NCBI GenBank assembly: GCA_028534125.1
Contig: CM052832.1
Span: 19,718,001-19,782,000 of the forward strand
Direction: 5' to 3'
Source: Lama glama
Lineage: Eukaryota
DNA length: 64,000 nucleotides
In this document: positions 37,471-52,070 of the stretch, piece by piece
Layout of the letters: each line of letters begins with the position of its first letter
Position numbering within the stretch: position 1 is the first letter of the stretch
The notes under the pieces: generated by a model
What the model was told of the DNA's origin: nothing
What the model saw: only the letters and a program-made list of their open reading frames with translations
Databases searched by the model: none
Program-made: the position numbers and the translations under genes

Positions 37471-40385
37471 GAGGGTTTATAAATTCAGATGGATGTTGAG
37501 CAGGTTAAGTAGTATGCAAGGTGAAATTTATGAATAGTTACAGTGAGTGGTGTGATTTAGAAGGTGAGAGGGGATCAGTGAGGGTTCGTAGAATTAACCT
37601 CTGGTTTTGCAACTCAGAGTTCAGTAACCAGAGGCAAAGCTCAATATCTTTTTGGGCAAGATATGTAAAATACCTTATCTAACTCACAATGTTTTTATGA
37701 AGCTCGCATTAAAAAATGGAGGTGAGAAAATCTTGAAATTGTAAAAGCATGATGCATATATTATAGGTTATCATCATTCTCACTGGTATTCATATCAGTA
37801 CTGATAATTCCACTGAATCTTGAAAGTTCTTAATATTGAGGCATCCTCTGTCAATAAGTGCATAACCATGGGAGGGCACAGGCCTTAAGTACTTTTTGGC
37901 TGGCCATCAATTGCAGCACTGGGAAGTGGCTAGAACCAGACCCAGGCTGAATGTTCCAAATCTGAGGAAAAGAAGAGAGAGAAAAGGACCACTGATTCTG
38001 TGCTGCTACAATCATCTTTCCATATATAAGGAGGTTTGCCTTAAACATGTGAGTACCATCCCTTGAACACAACACAAGCCTCCAGTTCGTATTTGCTAAC
38101 CAGTTACTTTCTCTCCTGAGAGATTGTGTTTCAAGTGCCCAGTCTAAAAATAATTACATTTATACTATTTGCTACTACATAGCTATTTCATTTTTCTCCC
38201 TCTGCATTATTTGTGCCTTTAGGTGATACACTCATTGGAACAGAGCTATTCTGTTTTGGGGGGTGGGGCACAGTTTGTCCTACTTTTGTGCACTTGTTAT
38301 AGAATTCTAGCAAAACTGAGTGCTAAAAACAGGAATGCAGGATGGAAATAACCCCAAACCTCCTGGGAGAATATGAACTTGGTAATGTATATAGAAGGAT
38401 ATAAAATTAGATTGTAGCTTAGAAGGGCTAAATTACATTTCTTGTTTTATCTTTGACTTTCTGTACAACCTTGGAAAAAATTACCTGTGTGCTCTGCTGT
38501 AGTGCCATGCTGGTTCAGATCTCTGGTTATTCAACCCAGGATTCTATTGCTTGAAGAGCTGTGAGAGGACATGGCTCTCTTCTTATTCATTAACCATAAA
38601 GATTCACTGGGATCAGCTACTCATGGCAGACGTTTTATGATTCTGTCATTAGCAATGACTTGTCACCTTTCTTAATGCAGTCATATGGGTTGCCTATTCC
38701 ACTTCTTGATGTAATACGTTTCCAGGTTTAGTTTTTATGATATTTTCTCTTACTCATCCTAAGTGTGTCATTCAAGTTCTACGAGCACCCTCTCGTGTCA
38801 TTCAGGCAAATAACTATTCAACAGAAGCTCACTTACAAATTGTTTAATAAATGATTGCCTGTCCAAACTTTGGAAAGGTCTTTTATATTCATACCTCATT
38901 GATATCAAGTAGGGAAAATAGCTTATCAAAGAGTCTGAAGTACCAATTCAATAAATGCTAGTGTTTATCCTTCTCTTCTACCTGTTTTTCGTTTTGTTTT
39001 TTGTTTTTTATTTTAGGATGCACTTGAGTTGTATGTAGACCAATCATTATCTTAATTTTACAAATTTAAGAAATTAAAGGTTCAGAGAACCTAAAAGTCT
39101 AGTAACGTGTAAGTAGAAATGACTGGACTCAAGTTTATTTACTAGTTCATTAACTAACTCAATGTATAATATTAAAGAATCAACTATATCACAGCTACTG
39201 TTTTAGGCCCTGGCAGCTTACATTCCAGTGATTGTAAAACATCTCACTGCAGCACGTTCCCCAAACTGGATCATTATCTTCCCAATAGGGATCTTCTAAT
39301 CTACAATGACTGAATGGATTAATAACATTCTTTTTTCACATTACTCAGTTGTTCATTCATCAAAAAGGAAAGCACAAATGAATTGCTTTCTATGTATGAA
39401 ATAGCGGTAAATAGTGAACCAAAGCAAGAAATACATTTTACCTTTTTTTTTTGCCTCCACGAATTTGTAACAATTTGCACTTTTAACAGGGTCATTGTTA
39501 ACGGAGGTTATGTGGCTGCGGGAGGGACAAAGGGCATAATGAGTGTTAAAGAAATAACACGGACGTTGGTATCATAGCTGGAACTGAGTATCAGCTCTTC
39601 TATTTCTTGATTGCACGAATCAGGACAAGTTATTTAAATTTTCTAAGTCTCAGTTGTCTCATTTGATAAACACCACTTTCACAGAGTTGTTAGAATCAGA
39701 AATATATGACAAACCTAGAACATCACCTGGAGGACAGCAGTGTTCAGTAAACCTTAGCTGTTTCTTCTTCCTTAAAGCTGCTGTAGCCTGGATACTGCCA
39801 TATTATTGAGCAAAGCATTCAGGATTGCAGCACCTTAACACAGTACCCACCATGAAGTCTTGGATCTGTGCTCACATAATCACCCCCAGAAGTGCCAGGC
39901 TCCCAGACTATTGACTGTCTCTTGCACTCTCTCCTTCTACAGTTTTGCATGACAGAATCTGACCCAATTCTCTGCCCATCCCCTCCACTCCTTGACCGTC
40001 CTCTCCACGGCTCTCTATGAATCGGCAATGAACAGCAGAGTCATTTACTTCTCGAAACATTCCCTTTCTCTGCTGTCCTTTAAGTCCTTTTAAGGGGTGG
40101 TTTGTGTGTTTGATCACATCCCATATCCACTAGGACCAGGAAGTGGGGTTGGATTCTGTTTCAAAATCTATTGCTACTTGGAAATCATCCTTTTGCTTGT
40201 ATTAGAGTCACTGAATGAGAAAAAGACAGTCAAGTAGATAGTCTTCCCTTTAAAAAATACAAGCAACTACCCTCAGAAAGCCGCTGCAGAACTCATTTAA
40301 TTTCAATCATCTGCCCATTTCTCAACTCCTCTTTATAGCAAAATATCAGAATGGTTGTCTATACACATCTTTGCTTAATTCCCCC

Positions 40386-40419
40386 CAATTATGATTTTTG
40401 AGCAATTATGATTTTTGAG
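40386..40419. repeat. 17-bp perfect tandem duplication
   Basis: caattatgatttttgag x2. Confidence 0.95.
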
Positions 40420-40696
40420 AGAAAGAAAGAGCATAGTGATATTGAAGTTCCTTTATTTCTCTATTCTGATCTAGTTTTATTCATGCCACCCGATAGCCAC
40501 TCCCCTCTGAGTGGAGTGATGACATTAAATCTGGACCAAAAGTGAAAATGGTCTAATAAATTCTACTACAGTCACTTTGGGCTTTCTTCAGTCCCTTTGC
40601 ATAATCACTCAGACTTCTAATTCCTCCCCTCATCATGCTCTTCTCCAAGACAGGAAATGGTTGTATGAAAGCCTTTATAAGTCTACATGACTTGCA

Positions 40697-41097
40697 GGAT
40701 AAATACTGTGTGATCTCACTTACATGCGGAATCTAAAAAGCCCAAAAAACAAACTCATAAAAACAGAGAGTAGAGTGGTGTTTGCTAGGGATGGAGTCAG
40801 GTAGGGGGGAAATGGTGAAGGAGAGCAAAGGAGACAAACTTCCAGTTAAAAAACTGAGTAAGTTCTGGAGATGAATTATGGTGACTATAGTTTACAATAT
40901 TGTACTGTATATTTGAAAGTTGATAAGAGAGTAGATCTTAAAAGTTCTCACTGCACACAAATTTTAACTATATGAGGTGATAGATGTATTAACTAACCTT
41001 ATTGTGGTAATTATTTTGCAATATATACATATATCAAATCATTGTGTTGCACACCTTAAATTTACTCAGTTTTAGATAAATTACATCTCAATAAAGC
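40697..41097 (+). mobile_element. L1MA-type 3' end
   Basis: gataaatactgtgtgatctcacttacatgcggaatctaaaaa...gagagtagatcttaaaagttctca...tctcaataaagc. Confidence 0.85.
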
Positions 41098-41382
41098 AAT
41101 GTTATATGTCAATTATATCTCAGTTTTATTCTATAAACCAGGATCATTGTAGAAAAATTGAAAAACACGGAAATAAATCTTATCCCCCACCTTCCTGCCA
41201 AACAAATAAAAAAACAAACCAAAAAACCAATTCTATATGGCCTTGAGGGGAAAGCCCCCCAGACTCTAATGCTGGTCCTCGAATGTGCCTGCTTGACCAC
41301 TGCTGATCCATGGTTAAGCCATTCCTGTCTCTCATTGTTTTGCTGACATCTGCTACTGTCTGCAGCTGATGAACGCATGGTG

Positions 41383-41958
41383 TAGTCAGTTCTGCTATAA
41401 TGCTTGTTTTGAAAACATGATTGATATATTAGGGAATAATTTGAGCATAAATCCTACTTCCATTTGCTTATGCTCAATTTCATGAGCAGGAAACACTAGG
41501 GGAATGCTGAAAACTGCACCAAGCAGAACTGAGCCCTTGTAGGAGTATACAAAACACATCTAAGGCAGCTCCCTGTGGCCTCAGTTTCCCCTGTATGTTA
41601 TGAGCCACTCCCATCCTCTTCTAGTGTTGTTAACATTTTGTTTTCCCTCCACTTCCCAGTAACTTACAGCTGTAACTCTTCCAGTGCCCACTTCCGCAGG
41701 TGAATTTCAAGTCTTTTTCAAGTTAAACTACCATATTTATTGCAGTATTTACATATTTCTTAACCATTTAACATGTGTAAACCATGCCTTCATTTGTATT
41801 AGGTCCTAGTATTTATTTTTATGTGTCACAGATAAAATTTTTGAGTTTTATTCCCAAAACTCATTTTTTTCCAGTAAGCCTGGAGGTCTTTATTGTGTTA
41901 CTTTGCCAAGCATGGTGATTATTAGGAACACATACATCTCTTATAGCAAAGCTGACTA
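41383..41958. mobile_element. Tigger-like (TcMar) non-autonomous DNA transposon
   Basis: Terminal inverted repeats tagtcagttctgctataa and ttatagcaaagctgacta (2 mismatches), with TA on the right flank. Confidence 0.8.
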
Positions 41959-42399
41959 TATAAATAATTAAGGCTGGGCGAAGGTCCAGCTTACCTTTCC
42001 TTCTGACTTGCCTTTTTTCTTTCAGCTCTCATTGAAATTACAGATCTCTTAAATTTCCTGCTTTATTTTTTTTTATCCAAATCCTACTCTGGATGTTTGA
42101 CCCCACAGGAACCTTCCACTCTTCCCTGTTCTTTCAACCTCACTGACCCTATGGCAGGTTTGCAGGCCATAAACTCATTTTGTCCACCACAGTTGGGCTG
42201 AAAAAGGTCCAGGAGGCCAACTAGACCCTCTCTGTACCACAGTGCCATTAACCATGCCCATGTAGATGGTGCATGGTCACCTGTCACAGTAGCCTTCTCC
42301 AAAAACCCAACAGGGCAGAATAAGAGTCCCTCTGAACTGAGCCTTCCTTTAAACTTATTCTGTGCACATCCTCCCTCCTGAACTTTGAAGATTTGGGAT

Positions 42400-44105
42400 G
42401 AGGAGATAAAGGCACACACCTTCAATGAATCTTTCTTTCAATGTTTCATCTTCTTCCCTTCCCTATTCCCTGCTCAGTATACCCACTCTGTTTTCTCCTC
42501 CAACATCCACCTGAAACTGCTCTTTGCCAATGTCTCCAAGACCTCCCATTCCCACAGGCAGCGAACACTTTTCCACCCTTATTTGATGGGATCTGCTCAA
42601 AGAATTTGAAGTGGTTATCTTTCCTAATTTCAAAGTGGCCTTCTTGACCTCTCATCTCGCTGACGGTTCTTCCAAAGTTTGCTTCTCAGACTCTCCCCCA
42701 TGCTGACTTCTAAATTTGGAGTGCCTCAAGGTTCAGGCTTGAGGTCTGCCTCTTCTCTAGCTTCGAAACACTCTCATTTAATGATATCCTCTATTACCTT
42801 AGCCGTAGATATCTCCCACGTGCTGGCTTTCTCACATCTAGCCCACATCTTTCCTCTGAGCTGTAGACATATATCTAATTGCCTACAGTTCTACTCTTGA
42901 GACTCTCTAGCATAGAAATAAAAACACCAATATATAGTAAAGATATTTAAAACAGCATTGTCTGTAGTGGCAAAAAAACTGTCAATAAAGTTAAAACCCA
43001 TCTGTGGGGAAGGAATGAGTCAACTGCAATACAGTCATATCATACAATTATCATATACCCAACTGAAAATGAGTGAAATTTAAACAAGGTGAGTGGAGGT
43101 ATTTTCACAATGAACAACGCAAAGTGGAAAAAGATGTGTCTAATATTATCTTGCATGTCTTTGTTTATGTTTGCAAATGTTTCTATGTGATTGAGTATGG
43201 AGAAACATAACTGATTTGGGGCGGTAGAATCTGGGTTCTGTTTTTATTTCCTTATTCTTTTATCTGATAACACACACACGCACACATGAGAATGAACTAC
43301 TCACATAATCTGCATAAAAGTTATTTTCTTTATGAAAAACAAGAAAAGCCTCTCTCCTTCTCTACTTCTCCTCCTTTCTCAATCCCTCCTCCCATTTTCT
43401 CCATCTCTGTCACTCCCACCTTGTCCAAGGCAGCATTATTTTTTATCAATGCTATGGCAATAACCTGGTATCTTTTCCAATCCATTCTCCACCCAATAGC
43501 TAAAGTAAACATAAAAACATAAATCACATCTCCTCACTTTCCTGATTAGTCTCCCTTTGCACTTGGAATAAAATCCAAGCACCTGATCAAGCCCCTGGGT
43601 GACCTGGCCCCTGCCTAACTCCTTTTATGCTGCCCTCTTCATTTACTCACTATTCCAGCCATATTGACTAATGGGATTTTTGAAAATGCTGAGGTCCTTT
43701 CTATATCTCCTGGAATGTTCCTCTCTGCACCCTTTGCTAGTTCATTTCAGTGTACTTCTCTGCCTAAACATTGTGTTCTTGATGTATTAGGGAACAATTT
43801 GCAGAACAAATATATGAGGGAACAATTTGCAGAACAAATATATGAGGGAACAAGTAACATAAAATGAATGTTGCCTTCCTTCCCGCAGTGTCCTCTACCA
43901 CTTTGTTTCCTTCACAGGACATGTCAACTATTTGTAATTCCCATTTCACTTGTTTGTTTATGCATTGCCTATCCTGCCTGCCACTGGACTAGAAATTCTA
44001 GACTTCAGGGACAGTGTCTCTCTTACTCATTACCCATTACCTAATACAATTCTTGGCACATAGTAGTTGAGCTTCAAATAAATATTGATTGGGAAAAAAT
44101 GAACA
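42400..44105 (+). mobile_element. L2 fragments interrupted by an old L1 piece (~42900-43200)
   Basis: ctgaaactgctctttgccaatgtc, ggagtgcctcaaggttcag, gaataaaatccaag, and the 3' end ttggcacatagtag...aataaatattgatt. Confidence 0.7.
43789..43853. repeat. 28-bp perfect tandem duplication (2.3 copies)
   Basis: agggaacaatttgcagaacaaatatatg x2, plus agggaacaa. Confidence 0.95.
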
Positions 44106-47100
44106 AATTTGTGAGTGAAGAATATTTACTTACGAACAGAACAAGGAAATATTTACATGAATTGAGATCCCCGAAGCTATAAGAGTGTATGTATACACAC
44201 AGACACACACAAATATTCTGTTATGTTTTGTGTGTATGAAGGTAATTCTGCTAGATTTAATTTAACTTAAAAATGTGTTATATGCATTTGCATTTTTCAC
44301 AAAATGGGGATTTTTTATGTTTGGAAGATGAACGCTACGTGGCATGATTTGTCAATGGAGTAAGACAGAAGGTTAGAAAAATCAAATTTTAATATGTTTC
44401 TTTGCAGCTCTAAGGTCAGAGGGAAGAAATATTCCCTAACATTTTTGATGACTTCTCTCTGTCCATAGTATTACATTTCCTAAATAACAATAAGAAAGAA
44501 AAGATTGAGAGTTAAGATTAAACAGCACCTGAAATGCCAGGTATATGTCCAGAACCTCTAAGGAAATCGATGAAATATTCCTGTCTGAAGGCTGAGACCA
44601 AACATGATCTCATCCGTATCAGCAGAATTACTAATAAAACACCAAGATGCTTCTTGACCTCCCGGAGAGGTGAACAATGCTTAATCAATAAATGTTTAGC
44701 TGAAGTGCATTTTGGGTAAAAATAGATACAGGAGATAATCTAAAATGTGATGTCTCCTTGCTGTTGTCCTCACTCTATCAATAACACTAATGTTTTAAGT
44801 ATATATTTACATTCATACATCCTTCTCAACATAGAAATGCAAATGAATTTATCTTCTGATATTTTATTATTCCTGTAACTAGAATGGATACTATAACAAC
44901 CCCAAAGTATAATCAAGACACTGAGCAGAGCATTTCTTCAACCAAATAATTCAACTTGTGATAGAGTATGTAAGTTGAAAGAACCAGGGTTAAGAAACCA
45001 AATAAATCTGTCTTTGAACTTCTGGGCTGCTCTCTAGCTATAAGAGCTTAGAAAAGTTATATGACTTGTCTAAGCCTGACTCTGTTTATCTGTAAAACTG
45101 AGAAAATAATATCTGTTCATTATGTTGTGTGATAACTAAATTAGAAAATATATGCAAAATACCCTGTACTACATCAGCATATAGTAGGCACATGGAAGAA
45201 TATTGTAGGTACATGGTTGGTTCTGTAAGAGTTTATCTAGTTAAATGCAGTCTAGGATAATTGGAAGGTTATTAAGGATATAAATTTAGATAGAGTTTTG
45301 GTTTGTTCATTTTGCAAGCAAAAAATCTGGTTCAGTTAAACAACAGGGACTTACTCGGAGGGATAAAAAGTAGCTTAGAGAATGGATAAGAATGCTGGAG
45401 AAAGAGGCTTGGAAATAAGTCAGACACGATAGGAGCCAATTTGGCTCAAGATTTCTGGCCTCGAGAACCTGAGATTCAAGAGACTTATTTGGATTCATCA
45501 CCCATGTGAATGCACTTTACCATTATTATTTTTTTCTATCCCATGCAACTCAGTTCAAAATTTGGAATTTTAAGAGAAAATGTCTTAAATTGGCTTAGCT
45601 TTATCTTTTACCTGTGGGAGTCAGGCACTTCTATTTTTGATCTGTCAATATTTCTTGCAAGGGAGAAAAGGCAATTCCTCACATCAGCTCAAGTTTTAAA
45701 GAAGGGCAAAGTTTCTAATTAGTTAAAGTGATGAGTAAATATTAAAAATAAATTAATTAAAATTAAAATGTCACTGCAAATTTCCAAGTGACCCACACTG
45801 CCTCCTGAACAAAAGCATGGAATAAAATTATTTAAGGGACAAGATGAAGCTTCAGTATCAAAGCAGAGAGCTGGGAAGTATGCTGACATCACAAATATGA
45901 GTCAAGGAAGTCATTCAACTCTGACTGGCTGAGCCCTAAGATTCCTCAGAGGTGCCCTAGAGGTGGCTGGGGCCAGAGGGTGAGCTCAAGCCATGGAGCC
46001 GCCCCTCGTATTTCAAGTGGTTCAGCCTCTCATTCTTTTTTTTATGTAATGATATTCCACACAAGCTTCATTAAAAAAAAAAAGTCCTGCTGCTAAAAGA
46101 AGTGTATTGGAACAACAAGAACAGAATTTTTTCAAAACTTGAGAACAAAAGAATAACATCTTAGCCATGGAGTCTGCATATTCTATAACATTGTGAAGGA
46201 AGATGGGCTAAGGGTTAGCTTTCAGCTTCACTGTGGAATAGAATTTGTTAAATAGGTGACATACAGTCAGCTTGATGCTACAAATACCACAAATACCACA
46301 TATATGTTGATGTAGTATCTTCCAATTTTCCAAAGACCCTTAATGAGCATTGGCTCATTTGGTCTTCATGGAGGGCAGGGAACCTAATGTTACCTCCACC
46401 TATAAATGAGAAACCGAGGCGCAGAAAGATGAAGTCTCAGTGCAGTACCAGCACCTGGCTGTCCTGACAAGTAATTTATTAATTACTTGTTATCTACTAT
46501 CAGTATTTTCAATTTTAAAAAAGTGAGTGGAATCCTTTCCTCAGATTAAAACTAAATGAGATCAGGATGTTTAAAAACAGAAAGAGTGGAGCTGCTATGG
46601 TTAGGTTGGGGTGACAGATCTGGGACTCCACGCAGCCCGCCCTCCTCCTTCTTCCCCGGAACATGAGTAGGACTCCGGAGGTCTCCGGGAAAAGTGGTGC
46701 TCTGCATTTCACACAGCAAGAACTATTGTCAGCTTTATTTCCCAGGGATTTAGTTGGATCTCTCTCCCTCCATTTGGTCCACATCATGTGATATATTTTT
46801 CTTTGCGGCTTGGATCCCAGAGGTCAGCTGTAGTTAAGGAAGTAGTGCAGGTGGCATTGTTAAGAAAATAGTCTGGGGACAGGAAGGCAAGATGCTTCTT
46901 TGGTTTTGTTTTCCTGAAGTCGACATTGATTTATGGCGGTACCTAAAGCAAGGCATGGGACTCATGTGCCACCATTTCTGTGTTATGAAAAGATACCAGG
47001 GGCCCTTTTGTCCTGTTTTCTGTGTTAACCTGACAAAGTCTCTCAGGATCTAAAATGCTCTCCTTCCAGACATGATTACAACAACATTTGAACAAGCATC

Positions 47101-47905
47101 CATGGTCCTGACCAAGTTGTTCTCACTGCTGCATTAATCCTTCATGGGTTCTTCTGTGCAAATAGCCCCTAACAGAATTACCTAAATGTTTTCGTATTTG
47201 CTTTATCTAAACAAGCCATGTTATAATATTCCTTCTCCCATGCATGATGTGAAATTCAAGTTCACCATGAATACATTACATATACAAATACAGATTTATT
47301 TACATATGCATACACCTATGCTCATGTCAAAAAACCAAACCCAGGCCATTATGTCCTTTGACTTCATCAAAACAACTGGTTAGACTCAAAGCCTGCGATT
47401 AAATGTTGCTGGATTTCCAGTGCTATAAAGAGAAGGGGCAAACAGAGGAGTGGACGAGAATCAATGGGATTTGATGATTTTTGGATGTATAGAGTGGGAG
47501 GCAAAGATAATGTGGAGTTATGGAGTAGGAAGGCATGATCAAGAGTCACTATAGGGGAGAACTGGCTGAAGTTTCACAGTTAGGTGCTGGCAGGAGTTTA
47601 AAAGCAGGCATAGTAGTGGTTAACAGAGACAAGGTGAAGGAGAAAAATGGAAGAATACTGAAAGGAAACTTTATTTTACATTTCTAGCTAGGAATGACTT
47701 TGCCTCTCACAGATAATATCAGTAATCCAATTGCAAATTAAATTGATCAGATATTCAGTTATTTTGTCATATATAAATGTGTGTATGTTTATGATGACTT
47801 TTTTTTACACATAGTTTACCATTCTTGTGATGTAGGTGTAGCTTGCTAACTGTGTGTTAAACAAAAGAAAATGAATGTTTTAGGAAGAATAATGCATTTG
47901 GAGTG

Positions 47906-48310
47906 ATATATTAGTCAGTTTTCTCTAGAGGAACAGAACAGATAGGATTATCTATATATAGAAAGAGATTTATTATAAGGAATTGGCTCGTGCAACTATG
48001 GAGGCTGGCAGTTCCAAAACTTGCAGTGTGGGCCCACAGGCTCAGAGCCAATGGTGTTGTTCCAATTGGAAGACTGGCAGCCTGGAGACCTAGGAGAGCC
48101 AATGGTGCAGATAAAGTCTGAAGACAGTCTTCTGGAGAACTGCCTCTTGCTCAGGGAGGCCAGTCTTTTTGTTCTATCAGACCTTCAACTGATTGGATGA
48201 GGCCCAAGCACATTATGGAGGGCAATCTGCTTTACTCCAAGTTTACCAGTGTAAATGTTAATCTCATCTGAAAACACCTTTCAAGTTGACACATACAATT
48301 AAACATCACA
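47906..48310 (-). mobile_element. MLT2-type solo LTR
   Basis: tattagtcagttttctctagagg start, gattggatgaggccca, and aattaaacatcaca end. Confidence 0.85.
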
Positions 48311-49169
48311 GGCAGAAAGCCATAAAAATATAGAATTGGAGATTATGTTAGGTTCCAGGAAGAATGAAGAATATTTTGGGACTAGAAATGTGTGTCTTAT
48401 GGGTGGGCTATGAGGAAGGCATCTTGATTTGATGAAGTACAGTCCTGATGGTGGAAAATGTTAACAAATGTTATCAGAACCTGGGGAAATTCTCCATCTG
48501 ATACAAGTAGTCTTTAAGATTTTTCAAGTGCTATACTTTACTTTGAATTCCAGTGTCTTTACTTTTATATTTTTAATACTAATCATAATATCTTGTTTAT
48601 CTTTCTTTCCACAGGGCCTAGGTTAAATACATGCTGGTTACATTTGAGTATGTTATAATTTACAATGTTTGACAGTTTGCTGACAGCTTCTTGAAAGGGA
48701 GATTCATTCACTTCATTATAAACTTTAAAAAGTACTTGTTGGAGGAAGAGAGCTAATTTGGACAAAGTAATGCCTTTTACTCAGGTTTTCAGATGGTAGC
48801 CTCCCCACCCACAAGCACTTTCTATAACATGGGATATCAGAAACTATAGGGGAAAAGAGAGAGCCAAACAATCCTTACTTTTTTGTTCCCCCTTAATCTA
48901 CTCCCGTCAACACAAATGCCCTCTGAAATTCTCTCATCATTTGGAATTTAAGTGATGAGTCTATTTAATATTTAGATATGCATATTTGGATGTATATGTT
49001 TATTTCATAATACTATAATGTGAAATGTAGGATATCTTGTACTATTTGAGTTAGTACTGATCAGTAGTTGAACCACATGCTCCTGGAAACTACTTAATAA
49101 ATGTTCTCATTTTAATGTGCTTTTCTTAGGTTTGCCCAAATCAAAAAGCTTTGCCCTAATACACAAATG

Positions 49170-49850
49170 TTCCCTGTGTTCCTGCATTCCTTCGTTTTCC
49201 TACCTTCCTCTCCATCTCCAGTGGCACTGCCAGCATCCTCCCATCTGGACCATTGCAGCAGTCTCCCCACCTCCATTTTGCTCCCCTCCAGTCCACACCC
49301 TCCTCTGCTTCCCAGTTAACCTTTCCAATCTTGAATCTGCCTTTGTTATCTCCCTGCTCCAAATTATTTGGTGACTCTCCATCATCTGGAAGATAAAAGC
49401 CAAATTCTGGCCTCTGTCTCTGCTACTAGCCTCATTTTTTAACCCTCGAGTTTTGTCTTGCTTCTACTACTCATCTACTCATTTCCATACTCTTTGTTGG
49501 CCTATAATATCTTCCCCTGTTCTGTCTGGCAAACTCCTGTTCTGTTTCAAATTTCAATTCAATTGTTCAATGTACTTAACTTTCATATTTGAATTCCCTC
49601 ATGCCTATAGCTATTCTTACATTCTCTTCTACTTTAGTGTGGTCTTGATGAAATTGTATATAACACCACGTCACTATAAAAATATCACATGATGTCTAGA
49701 TCATCTTTATGCATATCTATGTTCTGTTCTGTACTAAGAGCTCTTGGGGGGTCCACATGTTCTATATCTTCATATTGCTAGCATCTAGTAGAATCCTTGG
49801 CACATACTAGGAACTGAATAAATACTTGTTAAATGAAAGAATGAATGACT
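49170..49850 (+). mobile_element. L2 3' region
   Basis: Pyrimidine-rich L2 body ending gaataaatacttgttaaatgaaagaatgaatga. Confidence 0.65.
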
Positions 49851-51879
49851 GTCCTCTACCTCTTTTTACAGTTACCACTCACAGTTGAAAACTGTCATGT
49901 ATTTATGGGCAATGATTCATCTTAGGCCCAGGGAAGTTACTGAAAAGAGCTGTTCTGTTTCTGAAAAATGATAGTTAACCATATTTTAACAGTAGAAATA
50001 GGAAATTACTTGTTTTCCTTTTCCTACCTGCCTTTCACTAACCCAATGACAGCCCCTTTTGGTTTAAGAAAGGACATTTTTCCCTTCAAACTGATTATAC
50101 CTCCAACATTGCTTCACTACTGACCAAGGAACTATTTAGGAACAGGAAGGAATCAAAGAAAACTTAATTACTATTCCAGGATGTTTAAAGAGAAAGAAAG
50201 TGATAGGTCAAGTATGATTGTGCTTATTACTGGACACTGGTTTTGGTTGTTAAACTAACAAAGTAAAATTCCCAAGTGGTTCTTTCTCACAGTAATTCCT
50301 CTCCAGCTCTGGAATGATGAATGCAGATTTGTGACATGGAAAGACTTAGAAAACACAGTCTGATAGTAACACCAGATTCTGTGGTTTCTCTTAAATTCCA
50401 CTTCACTCACATTTCTTCATTTTCTCATTTTCTGTTTTTGTGTTAAATTGGGCAGCAGAAATAAGTCATTCTTTTTGAGCAATGTGTTTGAGAAAGGACC
50501 TGATTTCTCCCAACTTTCTTAAAAAATGCCTTCAATGAGTAGTCATGTACACCAAAGTAATTCATCCAAATTGGAGATATTTAAGGATTCACACTACAAA
50601 GATGATAAAATTTTATCATTTTCTCTTTCAAGGGGAGTTTGTGGGGGAGTGTTGGAAGTATAGCCGCACATGTTACATTGCCTTTGGGTCACGAATTTGC
50701 TCTTAGTGGCTTGTGGGGAAGCAAGATGGATATACACTCTTTCTACTGACTGAATTCCCTGGACTATGTAGACCAGTTATCTTATAATTAACATTGAGAC
50801 GTGATTCCTGGCTCATTGCCTTCAGAGTGAGCTAATCTGTGCTTGAAGGCTGTACACCTACTATAAATGATGGTTCTCAAGGCTGTGTATTAGCTCAGCC
50901 TGGCCTCCATTTCCAAGTTAGTGTTTCTTGGTGTCTTCTGGGTTAAATTAAGCCTATATGTCTACTACTCCTGAGGTAAGTTAACTTGATGGGTCATGAG
51001 TTTCCTTCCAGGCATCCTGCCAGAGGTGTCATGGATAAGGGAATATGGGATGAAAGACTGAAAATGAAGATGGGTGTGCATGTGGGAAGAAATGAATCTC
51101 AAAGTTTCTGGCTGATGCAAGTCCAGGATTTTTAAGGACATGAGTAATTCTGTGTCTTTTTAAGGCCAGCCTATAAACATAGGAGTTTCTGGCTAATGGA
51201 TAGAACTAGAATTCAAGGATGAAACTCACTAATAGCAAGCCATGATTTGTTGCTTTTATAGAATAAGGTCAGCATGATTTCACTGTAGCCCTGAGTAAAC
51301 ATATTTCTTAAGAAACATCTACTGTGTTTTAGGATTTGAAGGAAGATAATTCTCCGAGGCCATGGCCAGAGTTTTAGAAAATTAATGTTCTAGTACTTGT
51401 CGGCCAAATTACATATATTTTCTTAAAAATACACCTCTCTTTAAAGTTAACATTATTGTTCTCATTTTATATGTGAGAAAATTCATAGGTTCATATAGAC
51501 AAAGAGACTTGCCCATAAAAAAAAAGTGGCAGACTTAGAATTCAAATTCTATTCTGCCTGACCTCAAAGCCAAATTCTTTATTCCACACTGTTAATCACT
51601 GTTTGACTAAAGGAAATTTGTCCCTCAAGTTGCTTTCCCTTTCAATGGTGATCTCTGAGTCTGGGGGAAATGTGTCATTGACCACAAAGCCTACAAATTA
51701 CTAACATCAGTGTTCATCTTATTGGCTCTACCACTTTGCCCTGCTCTGATGGGATAGACTCCAAGCTGTTCTTGGGGTAAGGTTAAAGAAGCTGGCTTTC
51801 TGAAACAGAGAGTGACAATGCTTGGTTAGCTATTTCTCTTCAAATCATATAATCGTGAACTTAAACCAGTGACTCAAGT

Positions 51880-52070
51880 CTGGCTTAATATTTAAATGAC
51901 TTATGAAACTTGAAAAAAAAATCCATCTCTTCACATTGCCCATCCCTCCAAATAAACACCAAGACAGATTCTGACTTATTTAATCTGGGGTATGTACTAG
52001 GCATCAGTGTTTTTGTTTTTTTTTTAAGTTTCCTACATGATTCTAAAATGCATCCAGGGTTGAGAACTGA
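51880..52070. mobile_element. MER5-like hAT MITE
   Basis: agattctgacttatttaatctgggg...ggcatcagtgttttt...gattctaaaatgcatccagggttgagaact. Confidence 0.7.

Noticed and set aside
50602..50619. 18-bp perfect palindrome atgataaaattttatcat
   Set aside because: AT-rich and isolated, with no supporting context.
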